DNA of 64,000 nt, taken from NCBI GenBank assembly GCA_030680575.1, contig JAUXVI010000029.1, positions 63,867 to 127,866 of the forward strand, read 5' to 3'. The translations under genes and the position numbers were made by a program. The notes beneath the pieces are model-generated. The model did no database searches, was not told the origin of the DNA, and saw only the letters and a list, made by a program, of their open reading frames with translations. This document shows, one piece after another, positions 1 to 9,608 of the stretch; positions within the stretch are counted from its first letter, which is position 1; the number at the start of each line of letters is the position of its first letter. The stretch comes from Hylemonella sp. (GTDB lineage Bacteria > Pseudomonadota > Gammaproteobacteria > Burkholderiales > Burkholderiaceae_C).

Positions 1-1
1 C

Positions 2-163
2 TTCTACCGCCCGACCTCGCCCAAGGCGCAGGCCAAGTACGCCAAGCAACTGCCCAAACTCAACCTGTTCACCATTGACGAAGCCTTTGGTGGCTGGGAC
101 AAGGCGGGCAAGGACCACTTTGCCGATGGGGGTGTGTTCGATCAGATCTACACCAAGAAGTAA
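2..163 (+). CDS. Sulfate/thiosulfate ABC transporter periplasmic binding protein, C-terminal fragment (5' end lies outside the window)
   Basis: The open frame from position 2 ends at TAA 161-163. Its tail (...FTIDEAFGGWDKAGKDHFADGGVFDQIYTKK) parallels the C-terminus of the complete Sbp-like protein at 11453-12451 (...[31 protein letters not shown]). Confidence 0.7.
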   Translation, partial: FYRPTSPKAQAKYAKQLPKLNLFTIDEAFGGWDKAGKDHFADGGVFDQIYTKK

Positions 164-214
164 GCCGGCCAGCGCCACACAGCGACAACACACAGACCAT
201 CAGGGAGAAAAAAC

Positions 215-802
215 ATGTCGGTACTTCTGATCGCAGGCAGCCCGTCCGAGCGCTCCCGCTCGGCGGCTTTGCTCAATCGCGTGGGGCAGCAACTGACACG
301 CCGCGGCGCCCAGGTCGAAAGCCTGTCGATCCGCGACCTGTCGCCGCAGGCGCTGCTGCAGGCCGATTTCAACCATCCGTCGGTGGTGGCGGCCACCCGG
401 CAGGTCGAGAATGCGCAGGCCATTGTGGTGGCCACGCCGGTCTACAAGGCGGCCTACAGCGGCGTACTCAAGGTGTTGCTCGATTTGCTGCCGCAGACGG
501 CGCTCAAGGGCAAGACGGTGCTGCCGCTGGCCACCGGCGGCAGCCCGCACCATATGCTGGCGCTTGACTATGCGCTGCGCCCGGTGTTGCAGTCGCTCGG
601 TGCGCGCCACATCCTGCCGGGTGTTTATGCCACCGATGCCCAGGTCACGCTCACGCCAGAGGAGGCCTACGTGATCCAGCCGGACATCGAGGCCCGGCTC
701 GACGAGGCCGCCGCCACGCTGGTGACCGAGGGCCTGCGCCTGCCCCACGCGACCGAAGGCTTCGAGCCGATCGCCTTCTCGCGGGTGCGATGTAGCGTCT
801 GA
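215..802 (+). CDS. ssuE: NAD(P)H-dependent FMN reductase SsuE
   Basis: 195 aa. The N-terminus LLIAGSPSERSRSAAL and the segment VVATPVYKAAYSGVLK are typical of SsuE/NADPH-FMN reductases. It is the first gene of an ssu-type operon. Confidence 0.85.
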   Translation: MSVLLIAGSPSERSRSAALLNRVGQQLTRRGAQVESLSIRDLSPQALLQADFNHPSVVAATRQVENAQAIVVATPVYKAAYSGVLKVLLDLLPQTALKGKTVLPLATGGSPHHMLALDYALRPVLQSLGARHILPGVYATDAQVTLTPEEAYVIQPDIEARLDEAAATLVTEGLRLPHATEGFEPIAFSRVRCSV

Positions 803-923
803 CGTTGTTGCCGGGGTCCTTTTCGGATCACGGCGTTCCTCTTTTTTCATTCCCCATTTTTTGAATCTCCGCGCGGCGGGGCCGGGACGGCTTTGGCCTG
901 CGCACAGCAACAAGGACATCGAC

Positions 924-1955
924 ATGACACAAATCACGACAGACAGCATCGAGAGCGCAGTGGCGCCACGCCACTGGTGGCGCGCCGTGCGCACCAGCGC
1001 CATCGCTGCGGTGGTGCTGATGGCTGCGGCACTGGTCTTCAACTTCCTGCTCCTGCTGCCGGTGGCACAGGCCCAGACCAAGGCGGGCGGCGAACTGCGC
1101 ATCGGCTACCAGAAGTCGGCCAGCCTGTTCGTGCTGCAAAAGGCGCAGGGCACGCTGGAAAAACGCCTGGCACCGCTGGGGGTGGGCCTGAAGTGGGTGG
1201 AGTTCCCGGCCGGCCCGCAACTGCTCGAAGGCCTGAACGTCGGCTCGGTCGATGTCGGTTTTGTCGGCGAGGCGCCGCCCATCTTTGCGCAGGCCGCGGG
1301 TGCCAAGTTTGTCTACATCGGCAACGACCCGGCCGCGCCGGAAGCGGAAGCCCTGCTGGTGCAAAAGAGCTCGCCCATCAAGACGGTGGCCGAACTCAAG
1401 GGCAAGAAGGTGGCCTTGAACAAGGGCTCCAACGTGCACTACCTGCTGGTCAAGCTGCTGGAAAAGCACGGCCTGAAGTACGCCGACATCCAGCCCGTGT
1501 TCCTGCCGCCGGCCGACGCCCGTGCCGCTTTCGAGAAGGGTGCGGTCGATGCCTGGGCCATCTGGGATCCCTTCTTCGCCGCAGCCGAGAAGCAGACCGG
1601 TGCCCGCATCCTGGCCGATGGTCGTGGCGTGGTGAACAACTATGCCTACTACCTGGCCGAGCGCTCCTATGTGGAAAAGCATCCCGAAGTGATCCAGGCC
1701 CTGTTCGACGACGTGGTGGCGCAGGGCAAGTGGCTCAAAGCCAACCTCAAGCAGGCCGCGGCCATCATCGCGCCGCTGCAGGGGCTCGATGCCGATGTGG
1801 TGGCACTCAACCTGCGCCGCTACGGCTACGGCGTGACACACCTGACGGATGCCGTCATTGCCGAGCAGCAGAAGATTGCCGACACCTTCTATGAACTCAA
1901 GCTGATCCCGAAGCCGATCGTCGTGCGCGAAGCGGCCTGGAAGCCGGCGCGCTGA
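924..1955 (+). CDS. ssuA: Aliphatic sulfonate ABC transporter substrate-binding protein (SsuA family), copy 1
   Basis: The NMT1/SsuA-like sequence includes LRIGYQKS...[36 protein letters not shown]. It has a hydrophobic signal/anchor. I chose the ATG at 924, internal to track ORF 861-1955; the exact start is uncertain. Confidence 0.8.
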   Translation: MTQITTDSIESAVAPRHWWRAVRTSAIAAVVLMAAALVFNFLLLLPVAQAQTKAGGELRIGYQKSASLFVLQKAQGTLEKRLAPLGVGLKWVEFPAGPQLLEGLNVGSVDVGFVGEAPPIFAQAAGAKFVYIGNDPAAPEAEALLVQKSSPIKTVAELKGKKVALNKGSNVHYLLVKLLEKHGLKYADIQPVFLPPADARAAFEKGAVDAWAIWDPFFAAAEKQTGARILADGRGVVNNYAYYLAERSYVEKHPEVIQALFDDVVAQGKWLKANLKQAAAIIAPLQGLDADVVALNLRRYGYGVTHLTDAVIAEQQKIADTFYELKLIPKPIVVREAAWKPAR

Positions 1956-1974
1956 AGCAGGGAAGGAGCGCATC

Positions 1975-2967
1975 ATGAGCAATTCACCTTCCTTTTTGCG
2001 CCGCCGCCTGCTGCAGATCCTGAGTCTGACGGCCATCAACTGGGGCTTGATCAACCGCGCGGCCCAGGCGCAGACGCCGGTCACCAGAGCGCCGGAGCAG
2101 TTGCGCATCGGCTACCAGAAGTCTGCCGTCAACCTCGTCATCCTCAAGCAGCAGGGTGTGCTGGAAAAACGCTTCCCGACCACCCGGGTCAGCTGGATCG
2201 AATTCCCGGCCGGCCCGCAGTTGCTGGAGGCGCTGTCGGTCGGTAGCCTGGAGTTCGGCTTGACGGGCGATTCGCCGCCGGTGTTCGCCCAGGCTGCCGG
2301 CAAGGACCTGCTCTACGTCGGCGCCGAGCCGCCCAAGCCCGACAGCTCGGCCATCCTGGTGCTGAAGGATTCGCCGGTGAAGAAGCTGGCCGACCTCAAA
2401 GGCCGCAAGATCGCCTTGCAAAAAGGCTCCAGCGCCCACTACCTGTTGGTGCGTGCGGTGGAGAAGGCGGGCCTGCAGTGGGGCGACATTCAGCCGGTCT
2501 ACCTGGCGCCGGCCGATGCGCGTGCCGCCTTCGAGCGCAAGAGCGTCGATGCCTGGGCCATCTGGGACCCGTATTACGCCGCCACCGAGCTGGTCATCCA
2601 GCCGCGTGTGCTGGCCACCGGGCGCGACCTGTCCAGCAACAACTCGTTCTACCTGGCCTCGCGCGCCTTTGCCACCCAGCATGCGCCCGCCGTGGCCGTG
2701 CTGTTCGAGGAGTTGACGCGTGCCGATCGCCAAGCGCAGGAGAACCGCAAGGAAGTGATCAAGCTGATCGCCAACTTCAGCGGCCTGGATGCCGGTGTGG
2801 TCAGCCTGTTCCTGCAGCGCCGGCCGAAGTCGCCGGTGGGGCCGCTGAGCCCGCAGACCGTGGCCGACCAGCAGTGCGTGGCCGATGCCTTCCTGCAACT
2901 CGGCCTGATTCCCAAGAGCGTCAAGGTGGCCGAGATTGTCTGGCAACCGTCGGCACGCCACGCCTGA
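1975..2967 (+). CDS. Aliphatic sulfonate ABC transporter substrate-binding protein (SsuA family), copy 2, with a twin-arginine-like signal
   Basis: It is a paralog of the preceding gene and shares the same LRIGYQKS...[14 protein letters not shown]...[12 protein letters not shown] blocks. The N-terminus [11 protein letters not shown]...AQAQ resembles a Tat signal peptide. Confidence 0.8.
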   Translation: MSNSPSFLRRRLLQILSLTAINWGLINRAAQAQTPVTRAPEQLRIGYQKSAVNLVILKQQGVLEKRFPTTRVSWIEFPAGPQLLEALSVGSLEFGLTGDSPPVFAQAAGKDLLYVGAEPPKPDSSAILVLKDSPVKKLADLKGRKIALQKGSSAHYLLVRAVEKAGLQWGDIQPVYLAPADARAAFERKSVDAWAIWDPYYAATELVIQPRVLATGRDLSSNNSFYLASRAFATQHAPAVAVLFEELTRADRQAQENRKEVIKLIANFSGLDAGVVSLFLQRRPKSPVGPLSPQTVADQQCVADAFLQLGLIPKSVKVAEIVWQPSARHA

Positions 2968-3001
2968 ACCCATGAGCACCCAACGACAAGGAGAAATTGA
3001 C

Positions 3002-4150
3002 ATGAACGTTTTCTGGTTCCTTCCCATCCATGGTGATGGCCACTACCTCGGCACTGCACACGGCGCACGCGCGGTCGACCAGGGTTATCTGCAGCAGATC
3101 GCGCAGGCGGCCGAACGCCTGGGCTACGGCGGTGTGCTGATTCCCACCGGCCGTTCCTGCGAAGACCCGTGGACCGTGGCCTCCAGCCTGATTCCGGTGA
3201 CGCAGCGCCTGAAGTTCCTGGTGGCGTTGCGGCCCAGCACGATTTCGCCCACCGTGGCGGCACGGCAGGCCGCCACCTTCGACCGCCTGAGCGGCGGCCG
3301 GCTGCTGGTGAACGTGGTGGCCGGCGGTGACGCCGGTGACCTGGAAGCCGATGGTACGTTCCTGAGCCACGACGAGCGCTACGAGCATGCGGCCGAGTTT
3401 CTGCACATCTGGCGCCGCCTGTTGGCCGGCGAGAAGGTCGACTTCGAAGGCAAGCACCTCAAGGTCAAGGGCGCCCGGCAGCTGTTCCCGGCCATCCAGA
3501 AGCCGCACCCGCCGCTGTACTTCGGTGGTTCGTCCGATGCCGCGCACGACCTGGCTGCCGAGCAGGTGGAGCTGTACCTCACCTGGGGTGAGCCGCCGGC
3601 CGAGGTGGCCAAGAAGTTCGACGACATCCGCAAGCGCGCTGCCAAGCAGGGCCGCAAGGTGAAGTTCGGCGTGCGTCTGCATGTGATTCCGCGCGAAACC
3701 AACGACCAGGCCTGGGCCGCGGCGGACGAGCTCATCAAGTACCTCGACGACGAGACCATCGCCAAGGCGCAGAACACCTTTGCCGGCATGGACTCGGAAG
3801 GCCAGCGCCGCATGCGCGCGCTGCACGGCGGGAACCGCGCCAAGCTGGAAATCAGCCCCAACCTGTGGGCTGGCGTTGGCCTGGTGCGCGGCGGTGCCGG
3901 CACGGCCCTGGTGGGGGATGGCGAGACCATTGCCCGCCGCCTGAAGGAGTACCAGGAAATCGGCGCCGACACCTTCGTGCTGTCGGGCTACCCGCATCTG
4001 GAAGAGGCCTACCGTTTTGCCGAACTGGTGTTCCCGCACATCGGGGTGCAGGCACCGGCCACGCTGCAGGGCGGCAACCAGATCAGCCCCTTTGGCGAGA
4101 TCGTCGCCAATGCGCACAAGCCTGAAGGGCTGCGCGTGGCGCAAAGCTGA
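3002..4150 (+). CDS. ssuD: FMNH2-dependent alkanesulfonate monooxygenase SsuD
   Basis: The N-terminus [17 protein letters not shown]... is the canonical SsuD start. It belongs to the luciferase-like monooxygenase family. The ATG at 3002 follows a GGAGA Shine-Dalgarno sequence. Confidence 0.9.
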   Translation: MNVFWFLPIHGDGHYLGTAHGARAVDQGYLQQIAQAAERLGYGGVLIPTGRSCEDPWTVASSLIPVTQRLKFLVALRPSTISPTVAARQAATFDRLSGGRLLVNVVAGGDAGDLEADGTFLSHDERYEHAAEFLHIWRRLLAGEKVDFEGKHLKVKGARQLFPAIQKPHPPLYFGGSSDAAHDLAAEQVELYLTWGEPPAEVAKKFDDIRKRAAKQGRKVKFGVRLHVIPRETNDQAWAAADELIKYLDDETIAKAQNTFAGMDSEGQRRMRALHGGNRAKLEISPNLWAGVGLVRGGAGTALVGDGETIARRLKEYQEIGADTFVLSGYPHLEEAYRFAELVFPHIGVQAPATLQGGNQISPFGEIVANAHKPEGLRVAQS

Positions 4151-4161
4151 AAGGGCGCCGT

Positions 4162-5064
4162 ATGACACACACCACACATGAGTTGGCTGCGGTGGCCGAC
4201 ACCACGGTGGAGGCGCCGGGTTTCGGCTTTCTGGCACAGCCGTCACTGCAGCCGCTGCAAGGGGGCAGCGGTCACCAGCTGGCGGCCAGTGCGCAGGCTT
4301 TCTTGCGCGGCGTTGCGTTGCGGTTGGTGCCTTGGCTGCTGCCGGTGGCGCTGCTGGTGCTGTGGCAGGCATTCTCTGCCCAAGGCTGGCTCTCGACGCG
4401 GGTGCTGCCGGCGCCGCTGGAGGTGGTGAAGGCCGCCTGGGCGCTGACGCTGTCGGGTGAGCTGTGGACCCATGTGCAGATCAGCGCCTGGCGCGCCTTG
4501 ACGGGGCTGGCCATTGGCGGCGGCCTGGGGCTGGTACTGGGTTTGCTCACTGGCTCGTTCCACTGGGCCGACACGCTGCTGGACTCCACCATCCAGATGG
4601 TGCGCAACATACCGGCGCTGGCGCTGATTCCGCTGGTCATTTTGTGGTTCGGCATCGACGAGAGCGCCAAGCTGTTCCTGATTGCGGTGTCGGTGTTCTT
4701 TCCGATTTACCTGAACACCTCGCACGGCATTCGCAATGTCGACCCGGGCCTGATCGAGATGGCGCGCACCTATGGCCTGAACCGCTGGCAGCTGTACCGC
4801 GAGGTCATCCTGCCCGGGGCGCTGTCGTCGATCCTGGTCGGTCTGCGTTTTTCGCTCGGCCTGATGTGGGTGATCCTGATCGTGGCCGAAACCATCTCGG
4901 CCCAGGCGGGCATCGGCTACCTGACCATGAATGCCCGTGAATTCCTGCAGACCGATGTGGTGCTGGTCGGCATCCTGCTGTACGCGCTGCTGGGCAAGCT
5001 GGCGGACATGTTTGCCAAGGGACTGGAAGGCTACTGGTTGCGTTGGCATCCCGGGTATCAGTGA
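4162..5064 (+). CDS. ssuC: Aliphatic sulfonate ABC transporter permease SsuC
   Basis: It is a multi-pass membrane protein with a BPD-transporter (EAA-loop region) signature, ...[29 protein letters not shown]. Its position in the ssu operon supports the call. Confidence 0.85.
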   Translation: MTHTTHELAAVADTTVEAPGFGFLAQPSLQPLQGGSGHQLAASAQAFLRGVALRLVPWLLPVALLVLWQAFSAQGWLSTRVLPAPLEVVKAAWALTLSGELWTHVQISAWRALTGLAIGGGLGLVLGLLTGSFHWADTLLDSTIQMVRNIPALALIPLVILWFGIDESAKLFLIAVSVFFPIYLNTSHGIRNVDPGLIEMARTYGLNRWQLYREVILPGALSSILVGLRFSLGLMWVILIVAETISAQAGIGYLTMNAREFLQTDVVLVGILLYALLGKLADMFAKGLEGYWLRWHPGYQ

Positions 5065-5104
5065 TGAAGACACCCCCGACTCTCGCCCACTGCGTGTGGC
5101 TCGC

Positions 5105-5159
5105 ATCCCCCCTCGAGGGGGCGCTCCCAGCGGCCCGGCAAAGCCGGTTCCGCGGGAGC
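5105..5159 (+). repeat. Structured intergenic repeat, copy A (tandem hairpins CCCCC-N4-GGGGG and CCCGGC-AAA-GCCGG)
   Basis: The core tcccccctcgagggggcgctcccagcggcccggcaaagccggttccgcgggagc recurs at 12476-12530 (same strand) and 32373-32430 (opposite strand). Confidence 0.8.
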
Positions 5160-5218
5160 TTGCGAAGGGGCTTTGCTGCGCTTGCCGGCGAAAACCAATA
5201 TTGATCAAGGAGTATTGC

Positions 5219-6022
5219 GTGAGTATCGATACTGTGAATGGCGTGCGGCTGGAGATCAGCGGTTTGTCAAAAAGCTACGGTTCGCGGCAGGTGCTGCGCC
5301 AAGCCGAGTTGGTGATCGAACCGGGCGAGTTTGTCGCCATCGTCGGGCGCAGCGGCTGCGGCAAGAGCACGCTGTTGCGGCTGGTGGCCGGGCTGGAGTC
5401 CGCCAGCGAAGGCCAGGTGCGCCTTGACGGACAGACCGTCAACGGCTTGAGCGACGACACCCGCATCATGTTCCAGGACTCGCGCCTGCTGCCCTGGAAG
5501 CGCGTGGTCGACAACGTGGCCTTGGGCTTGCCGAAGGCAAAGCGGCAGCATGCAGCAGAAGTACTGGCCCAGGTCGGTCTGGCTGAGCGCCAGGCTGACT
5601 GGCCGGCCAAGCTCTCCGGCGGGCAGCGCCAACGGGTGTCGCTGGCGCGTGCACTGGTGCACAACCCACGCCTGCTGCTGCTCGACGAACCGCTGGGCGC
5701 GCTCGATGCGCTGACCCGCATCGAGATGCACCAGTTGATCGAAGGCCTGTGGCGGCGCAACGGTTTCACGGCCTTGCTCGTCACGCACGACGTGCAGGAG
5801 GCGGTGGCGCTGGCCGACCGCGTGATCCTGATCGAGGACGGCCGCATTGCGCTGGACGAGCGCATTACCCTGGCACGGCCGCGCGAGCGTGGCGATGCTG
5901 CCTTTGCCGCCATCGAGAACCGCATCCTGCACCGCGTGCTGCAGCAGCCTGAGCGTGCCGTCGAACCCGGCGACGCTTCCTGGCCCGGCCTGCCGGCGCA
6001 TGGTCTGCGCTGGGCCATCTAG
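5219..6022 (+). CDS. ssuB: Aliphatic sulfonate ABC transporter ATP-binding protein SsuB
   Basis: Motifs present: Walker [10 protein letters not shown], signature LSGGQRQRV and Walker B LLLLDEP. I chose the GTG at 5219, preceded by AAGGAG. The upstream part of track ORF 4931-6022 translates the intergenic repeat and is not coding. Confidence 0.85.
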   Translation: MSIDTVNGVRLEISGLSKSYGSRQVLRQAELVIEPGEFVAIVGRSGCGKSTLLRLVAGLESASEGQVRLDGQTVNGLSDDTRIMFQDSRLLPWKRVVDNVALGLPKAKRQHAAEVLAQVGLAERQADWPAKLSGGQRQRVSLARALVHNPRLLLLDEPLGALDALTRIEMHQLIEGLWRRNGFTALLVTHDVQEAVALADRVILIEDGRIALDERITLARPRERGDAAFAAIENRILHRVLQQPERAVEPGDASWPGLPAHGLRWAI

Positions 6023-6288
6023 GGCCTGCTCACACTATTTTTGCAAGATGCGTTGCGGATCAAAAAGGCCATGCGGTAGGCGCGAAACGCAGCCGGAGTC
6101 TTCCTCCGGCAAGGCTTCGCAACGCCGCGCATGGCCTTTTTGGCCGCAACCCGAAGGGAACGGGGTTAAAACCGCGCCACTCGTTGTTGCACTCCTAGCC
6201 CAGACGGCCAGTCTGGGCGTCGTCGCGCGCCTAGATTGGCGCGGTTTTCACCCCGTTCGCACTTGCAAAAATAGTGTGAACAGGCCCT
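6021..6288. repeat. Nested-palindrome element (MITE-like or structured RNA) with 27-bp terminal inverted repeats
   Basis: The left end agggcctgctcacactatttttgcaag (6021-6047) pairs with the right end cttgcaaaaatagtgtgaacaggccct (6262-6288) with one mismatch. Inside are two further long imperfect hairpins (about 6050-6150 and about 6152-6259), each capped by a small GC hairpin. Confidence 0.75.
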
Positions 6289-6319
6289 AATTTTCAACGG
6301 ACTTATCAAGGAGAAACCC

Positions 6320-6535
6320 ATGTCCATTCAAGCTATCAACGTCCGCAACCAGTTTCGCGGCAAGGTCAAGGAAATCATTCGCGGCGACGTGCTGTCGGAA
6401 GTCGATGTCGAGACACCGTGGGGCATCGTGACCTCGGTCATCACCACACGTTCGGTCAACGACCTGGCGCTCAAGCCCGGCAGCGAGGTGGTGGCGCTGA
6501 TCAAGGCGACCGAGGTGTCGATCGCGAAGATCTGA
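6320..6535 (+). CDS. ssuF: TOBE-domain molybdopterin-binding-like protein (SsuF-type)
   Basis: 71 aa, MSIQAINVRNQFRGKV..., with a Mop/TOBE fold signature. It occupies the last position of the ssu operon, as in the Pseudomonas ssuEADCBF arrangement. Confidence 0.75.
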   Translation: MSIQAINVRNQFRGKVKEIIRGDVLSEVDVETPWGIVTSVITTRSVNDLALKPGSEVVALIKATEVSIAKI

Positions 6536-6938
6536 AGCTTGTTTCCAGGCCTGCTTCCTCGCAAGCAGGCCGCCATCAGCCATCGTGCGGTTCAATTGTT
6601 GGGCGTCGAACGATATTTAGAACCGCTGGTTATATGCATGTGAAAAAACGGTAGTTCCATCTGGCGGAGATTCCTTTCAGAATCTGCCCAATGAATTTGA
6701 AAAACAAAGAGGCCAGAGTGATCGAGCCAAGCGGCCTCGAGTTTCTTGTCGATAAATCGCCCGTCCATGTGCAGACAGGCAAGGTGCGATGTCACGCCTG
6801 ATATCCTCCACGCCGCCAACCTTTCGGGTCACAATTTCCCTCTTCGCTGTTTTCAAGCCATTGATTTGGCAAGGCATATCCCTGTCTTGTCCCGGTCGGG
6901 CTTGCCGCATGCGGCGCCGGTTGGCCTGATCAGAACAG

Positions 6939-7997
6939 ATGAATCGACTACCCACCATGATTGAATTGCAAAAAATATTCCAGACCTACCAAGGCCCCGA
7001 GGGGCCGGTGGAAGCGCTGCGTGGCGTGGATCTGCACGTTGCGCGTGGCGAGATCTTTGGCGTCATCGGCCGCAGTGGTGCTGGCAAAAGCTCGCTGGTC
7101 CGCACCATCAACCTGCTCAACCGGCCGGTGGCGGGCCAGGTCCGGGTGGATGGGGTCGAGCTGACGACGCTGGACGAGCCGGCCCTGCGCAAGGCACGCC
7201 AGGGCATTGGCATGATCTTTCAGCATTTCAACCTGCTGTCGTCGCGCACCGTGTTTGACAACGTGGCGCTGCCGCTGGAATTGGCCGGCCTGTCGCGCAC
7301 CGAGATCCGGGCGCGGGTGGCGCCGCTGCTGGAACTGGTGGGCCTGTCGGGGCTGCAGGACCGCTATCCGGCGCAGATCAGCGGCGGGCAGAAGCAACGC
7401 GTCGGCATTGCCCGTGCGCTGGCCAGCCGGCCGCAGGTGCTGTTGTCGGACGAGGCCACGTCGGCGCTCGACCCCGAGACCACGCGCGCCATCCTGGCCT
7501 TGCTGCGTGACATCAACCGCGAGCTGGGCCTGACCATCGTGCTGATCACGCACGAGATGCAGGTCATCAAGCAGGTGGCCGACCAGGTGGCGGTGATCGA
7601 CGCCGGCCGGATCGTGGAGCAGGGCAAGACCTTGCAGGTGTTCAGCCGCCCGCAGCATGAGACCACGCGCAGCCTGATTGACGATGTCGTGCCCCAGGCC
7701 TTGCCCCCCAGCGTGCTGGCGCGGGTGCGCGGCCTGTTGGGCGGTGTGCCGGCGGCGCAGGGTGTGCTGCTGCGCCTGATCTTCGCTGGCGACGAGTCGG
7801 ACCGGCCCTTGTTGTCGGATGTGATTCGTCGTTATGACGTCGACCTCAACATCGTGCATGGCCACGTAGAAGAGGTGCAGGGGCATCCGTTCGGATCGCT
7901 GGCCGTCCTGGCCCGCGGTACACAAGACAAGCTGGCCGCTGCCATTGCGCACCTGCGCGATGCCGGCGTGCAGGTACAGGAGCTATCCCATGTTTGA
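6939..7997 (+). CDS. metN: Methionine ABC transporter ATP-binding protein MetN
   Basis: Motifs present: Walker [10 protein letters not shown], signature [15 protein letters not shown] and Walker [14 protein letters not shown]-terminal NIL/ACT-like domain is present. An alternative start at 6957 (MIELQKIF) is equally plausible. Confidence 0.85.
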   Translation: MNRLPTMIELQKIFQTYQGPEGPVEALRGVDLHVARGEIFGVIGRSGAGKSSLVRTINLLNRPVAGQVRVDGVELTTLDEPALRKARQGIGMIFQHFNLLSSRTVFDNVALPLELAGLSRTEIRARVAPLLELVGLSGLQDRYPAQISGGQKQRVGIARALASRPQVLLSDEATSALDPETTRAILALLRDINRELGLTIVLITHEMQVIKQVADQVAVIDAGRIVEQGKTLQVFSRPQHETTRSLIDDVVPQALPPSVLARVRGLLGGVPAAQGVLLRLIFAGDESDRPLLSDVIRRYDVDLNIVHGHVEEVQGHPFGSLAVLARGTQDKLAAAIAHLRDAGVQVQELSHV

Positions 7998-8655
7998 GAG
8001 ATTTACCGCAGAACTGCTGGCGTTGTTTGCCAGCTCGCTCTGGGAAACCGTGCTGATGGTCGGCATTTCGGGTGCCTTTGCGGCGGTCATCGGTATTCCC
8101 CTGGGCGTGTACTTGCGCCTGACCGATCGCGGCGGCGTGCTGGAGAGCCGCGTGGCCAACCGGGTCGTCGGCGGCGTTGTGAATGCCGTGCGCTCCACGC
8201 CGTTCATCATCCTGCTGGTGGCCGTGATTCCGCTCACGCGTTTGATCACCGGTTCCTCCATCGGCACCGCGGCGGCCGTGGTGCCGCTCACGCTGGCGGC
8301 CGGGCCTTTTCTGGCGCGACTGGTGGAGGCTTCGCTGCGCGAGGTGGACCCGGGCCTGGTCGAAGCGGCGCAGGCCATGGGCGCCAGCACGCGGCAGATT
8401 GTTTTCAAGGTGCTGTTGCCGGAAGCCTTGCCCAGCATCGTGGCTGGCCTGACGGTCACGTTCGTCAGCCTGACGGGGTATTCGGCCATGGCCGGTGCGG
8501 TCGGTGGTGGTGGCCTGGGTGACCTGGGCATCCGTTATGGCTACCAGCGCTTCCTGCCGGAGGTCATGCTGGCCGTGGTCGTGATCCTGATCCTGTTAGT
8601 CCAGACCGTGCAAAGCCTGGGCGACAGCCTGGTGCACCGGCTGCGCCACAAATAA
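7990..8655 (+). CDS. metI: Methionine ABC transporter permease MetI
   Basis: It is a five-TM permease. The ATG at 7990 overlaps the metN stop (ATGTTTGA), indicating translational coupling. The permease has MetI-like length. Confidence 0.85.
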   Translation: MFERFTAELLALFASSLWETVLMVGISGAFAAVIGIPLGVYLRLTDRGGVLESRVANRVVGGVVNAVRSTPFIILLVAVIPLTRLITGSSIGTAAAVVPLTLAAGPFLARLVEASLREVDPGLVEAAQAMGASTRQIVFKVLLPEALPSIVAGLTVTFVSLTGYSAMAGAVGGGGLGDLGIRYGYQRFLPEVMLAVVVILILLVQTVQSLGDSLVHRLRHK

Positions 8656-8710
8656 GGCCCTTTTTCAGATTCATCTGTTGTTCTCTGGTTGTTCTATTCA
8701 AGGAGTTTTC

Positions 8711-9505
8711 ATGAACAAGCGTTTTGCCCTTCAATCGGTTGCCGCCCTGACGCTGGCCGCCTTCTTCGTTCCCGCCCTGGCGCAGGACAAGCCGATCAAG
8801 GTTGGCGTCACGGCCGGCCCGCATGCCCAGATCTTTGCGGAAGTGAAGAAGCTGGCCGAAAAGCAGGGGCTCAAGATCCAGGTGGTCGAGTTCAGCGACT
8901 ACATCCAGCCGAATGCCGCGCTGGCCGCCGGTGACCTGGACGCCAACAGCTATCAGCACAAGCCTTTTCTGGACCAGCAGGTGAAAGACCGCGGCTACAA
9001 GATCGTGGCGGTCGGCAACACCGTGAATTTCCCGATCGGCATCTACTCCAAGAAGGTCAAAAGCCTGGCCGAGTTGAAAGACGGCGCCAAGTTCGGCATT
9101 CCCAACGATCCGACCAATGGCGGCCGTGTGCTGCTGGTGCTGCAAGACCAGGGCCTGATCAAACTCCGGGCGGATGCTGGCCTCAAGGCCACGCCGCTGG
9201 ACGTGGTGGAAAACCGCAAGAAGCTCAAGTTTGTCGAGCTCGAAGCGGCGCAATTGGCTCGCTCGCTCGATGACCTGGACGCCGCCGGTGTCAATACCAA
9301 TTACGCGCTGCCCGCCGGCCTGCACCCGGGCAAGGATGCCATTGCGCAAGAAAACGCCAAGAGCCCCTATGTCAACCTGATCGCCGTGCGCGAGCAGGAC
9401 AAGTCCAAACCCTGGGTGGCCCAACTGCTCAAGGTGTACCAGTCTGAAGACATTCGCAAGTTTGTGCAGACCGAGTTCAAGGGCGCGGTGGTCACCGGCT
9501 TCTGA
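8711..9505 (+). CDS. metQ: Methionine-binding lipoprotein MetQ (NlpA family)
   Basis: It has a signal peptide followed by the NlpA-family sequence KVGVTAGPHAQIFAEVKKLAEKQGLKIQVVEFSDYIQPNAALAAGDLDANSYQHKPFLD. A GGAG sequence lies upstream of the ATG at 8711. Confidence 0.85.
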   Translation: MNKRFALQSVAALTLAAFFVPALAQDKPIKVGVTAGPHAQIFAEVKKLAEKQGLKIQVVEFSDYIQPNAALAAGDLDANSYQHKPFLDQQVKDRGYKIVAVGNTVNFPIGIYSKKVKSLAELKDGAKFGIPNDPTNGGRVLLVLQDQGLIKLRADAGLKATPLDVVENRKKLKFVELEAAQLARSLDDLDAAGVNTNYALPAGLHPGKDAIAQENAKSPYVNLIAVREQDKSKPWVAQLLKVYQSEDIRKFVQTEFKGAVVTGF

Positions 9506-9608
9506 TGGTCGACATGATGTCTGCGGCCATGCCCTGGGTTCGGTCCACGCAAGCCACCGCAGCTTGCGGCCGCGTCCAGGGCGTGTCCGCAGCGCTCACA
9601 CGTATGCC

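Noticed and set aside
4931-5218. An N-terminal extension of about 96 aa on SsuB in the track ORF ([10 protein letters not shown]...).
   Set aside because: The extension overlaps the ssuC 3' end out of frame and translates the intergenic repeat. A GTG with a good AAGGAG Shine-Dalgarno sequence at 5219 gives a normal-length SsuB.
6780-6940. A possible SAM/SAH-type riboswitch in the metN leader.
   Set aside because: I could not find the conserved cores I remember for SAM-I, SAM-II/V or SAH elements by eye. It is kept only as an unexplained long leader in the findings, not as a called riboswitch.
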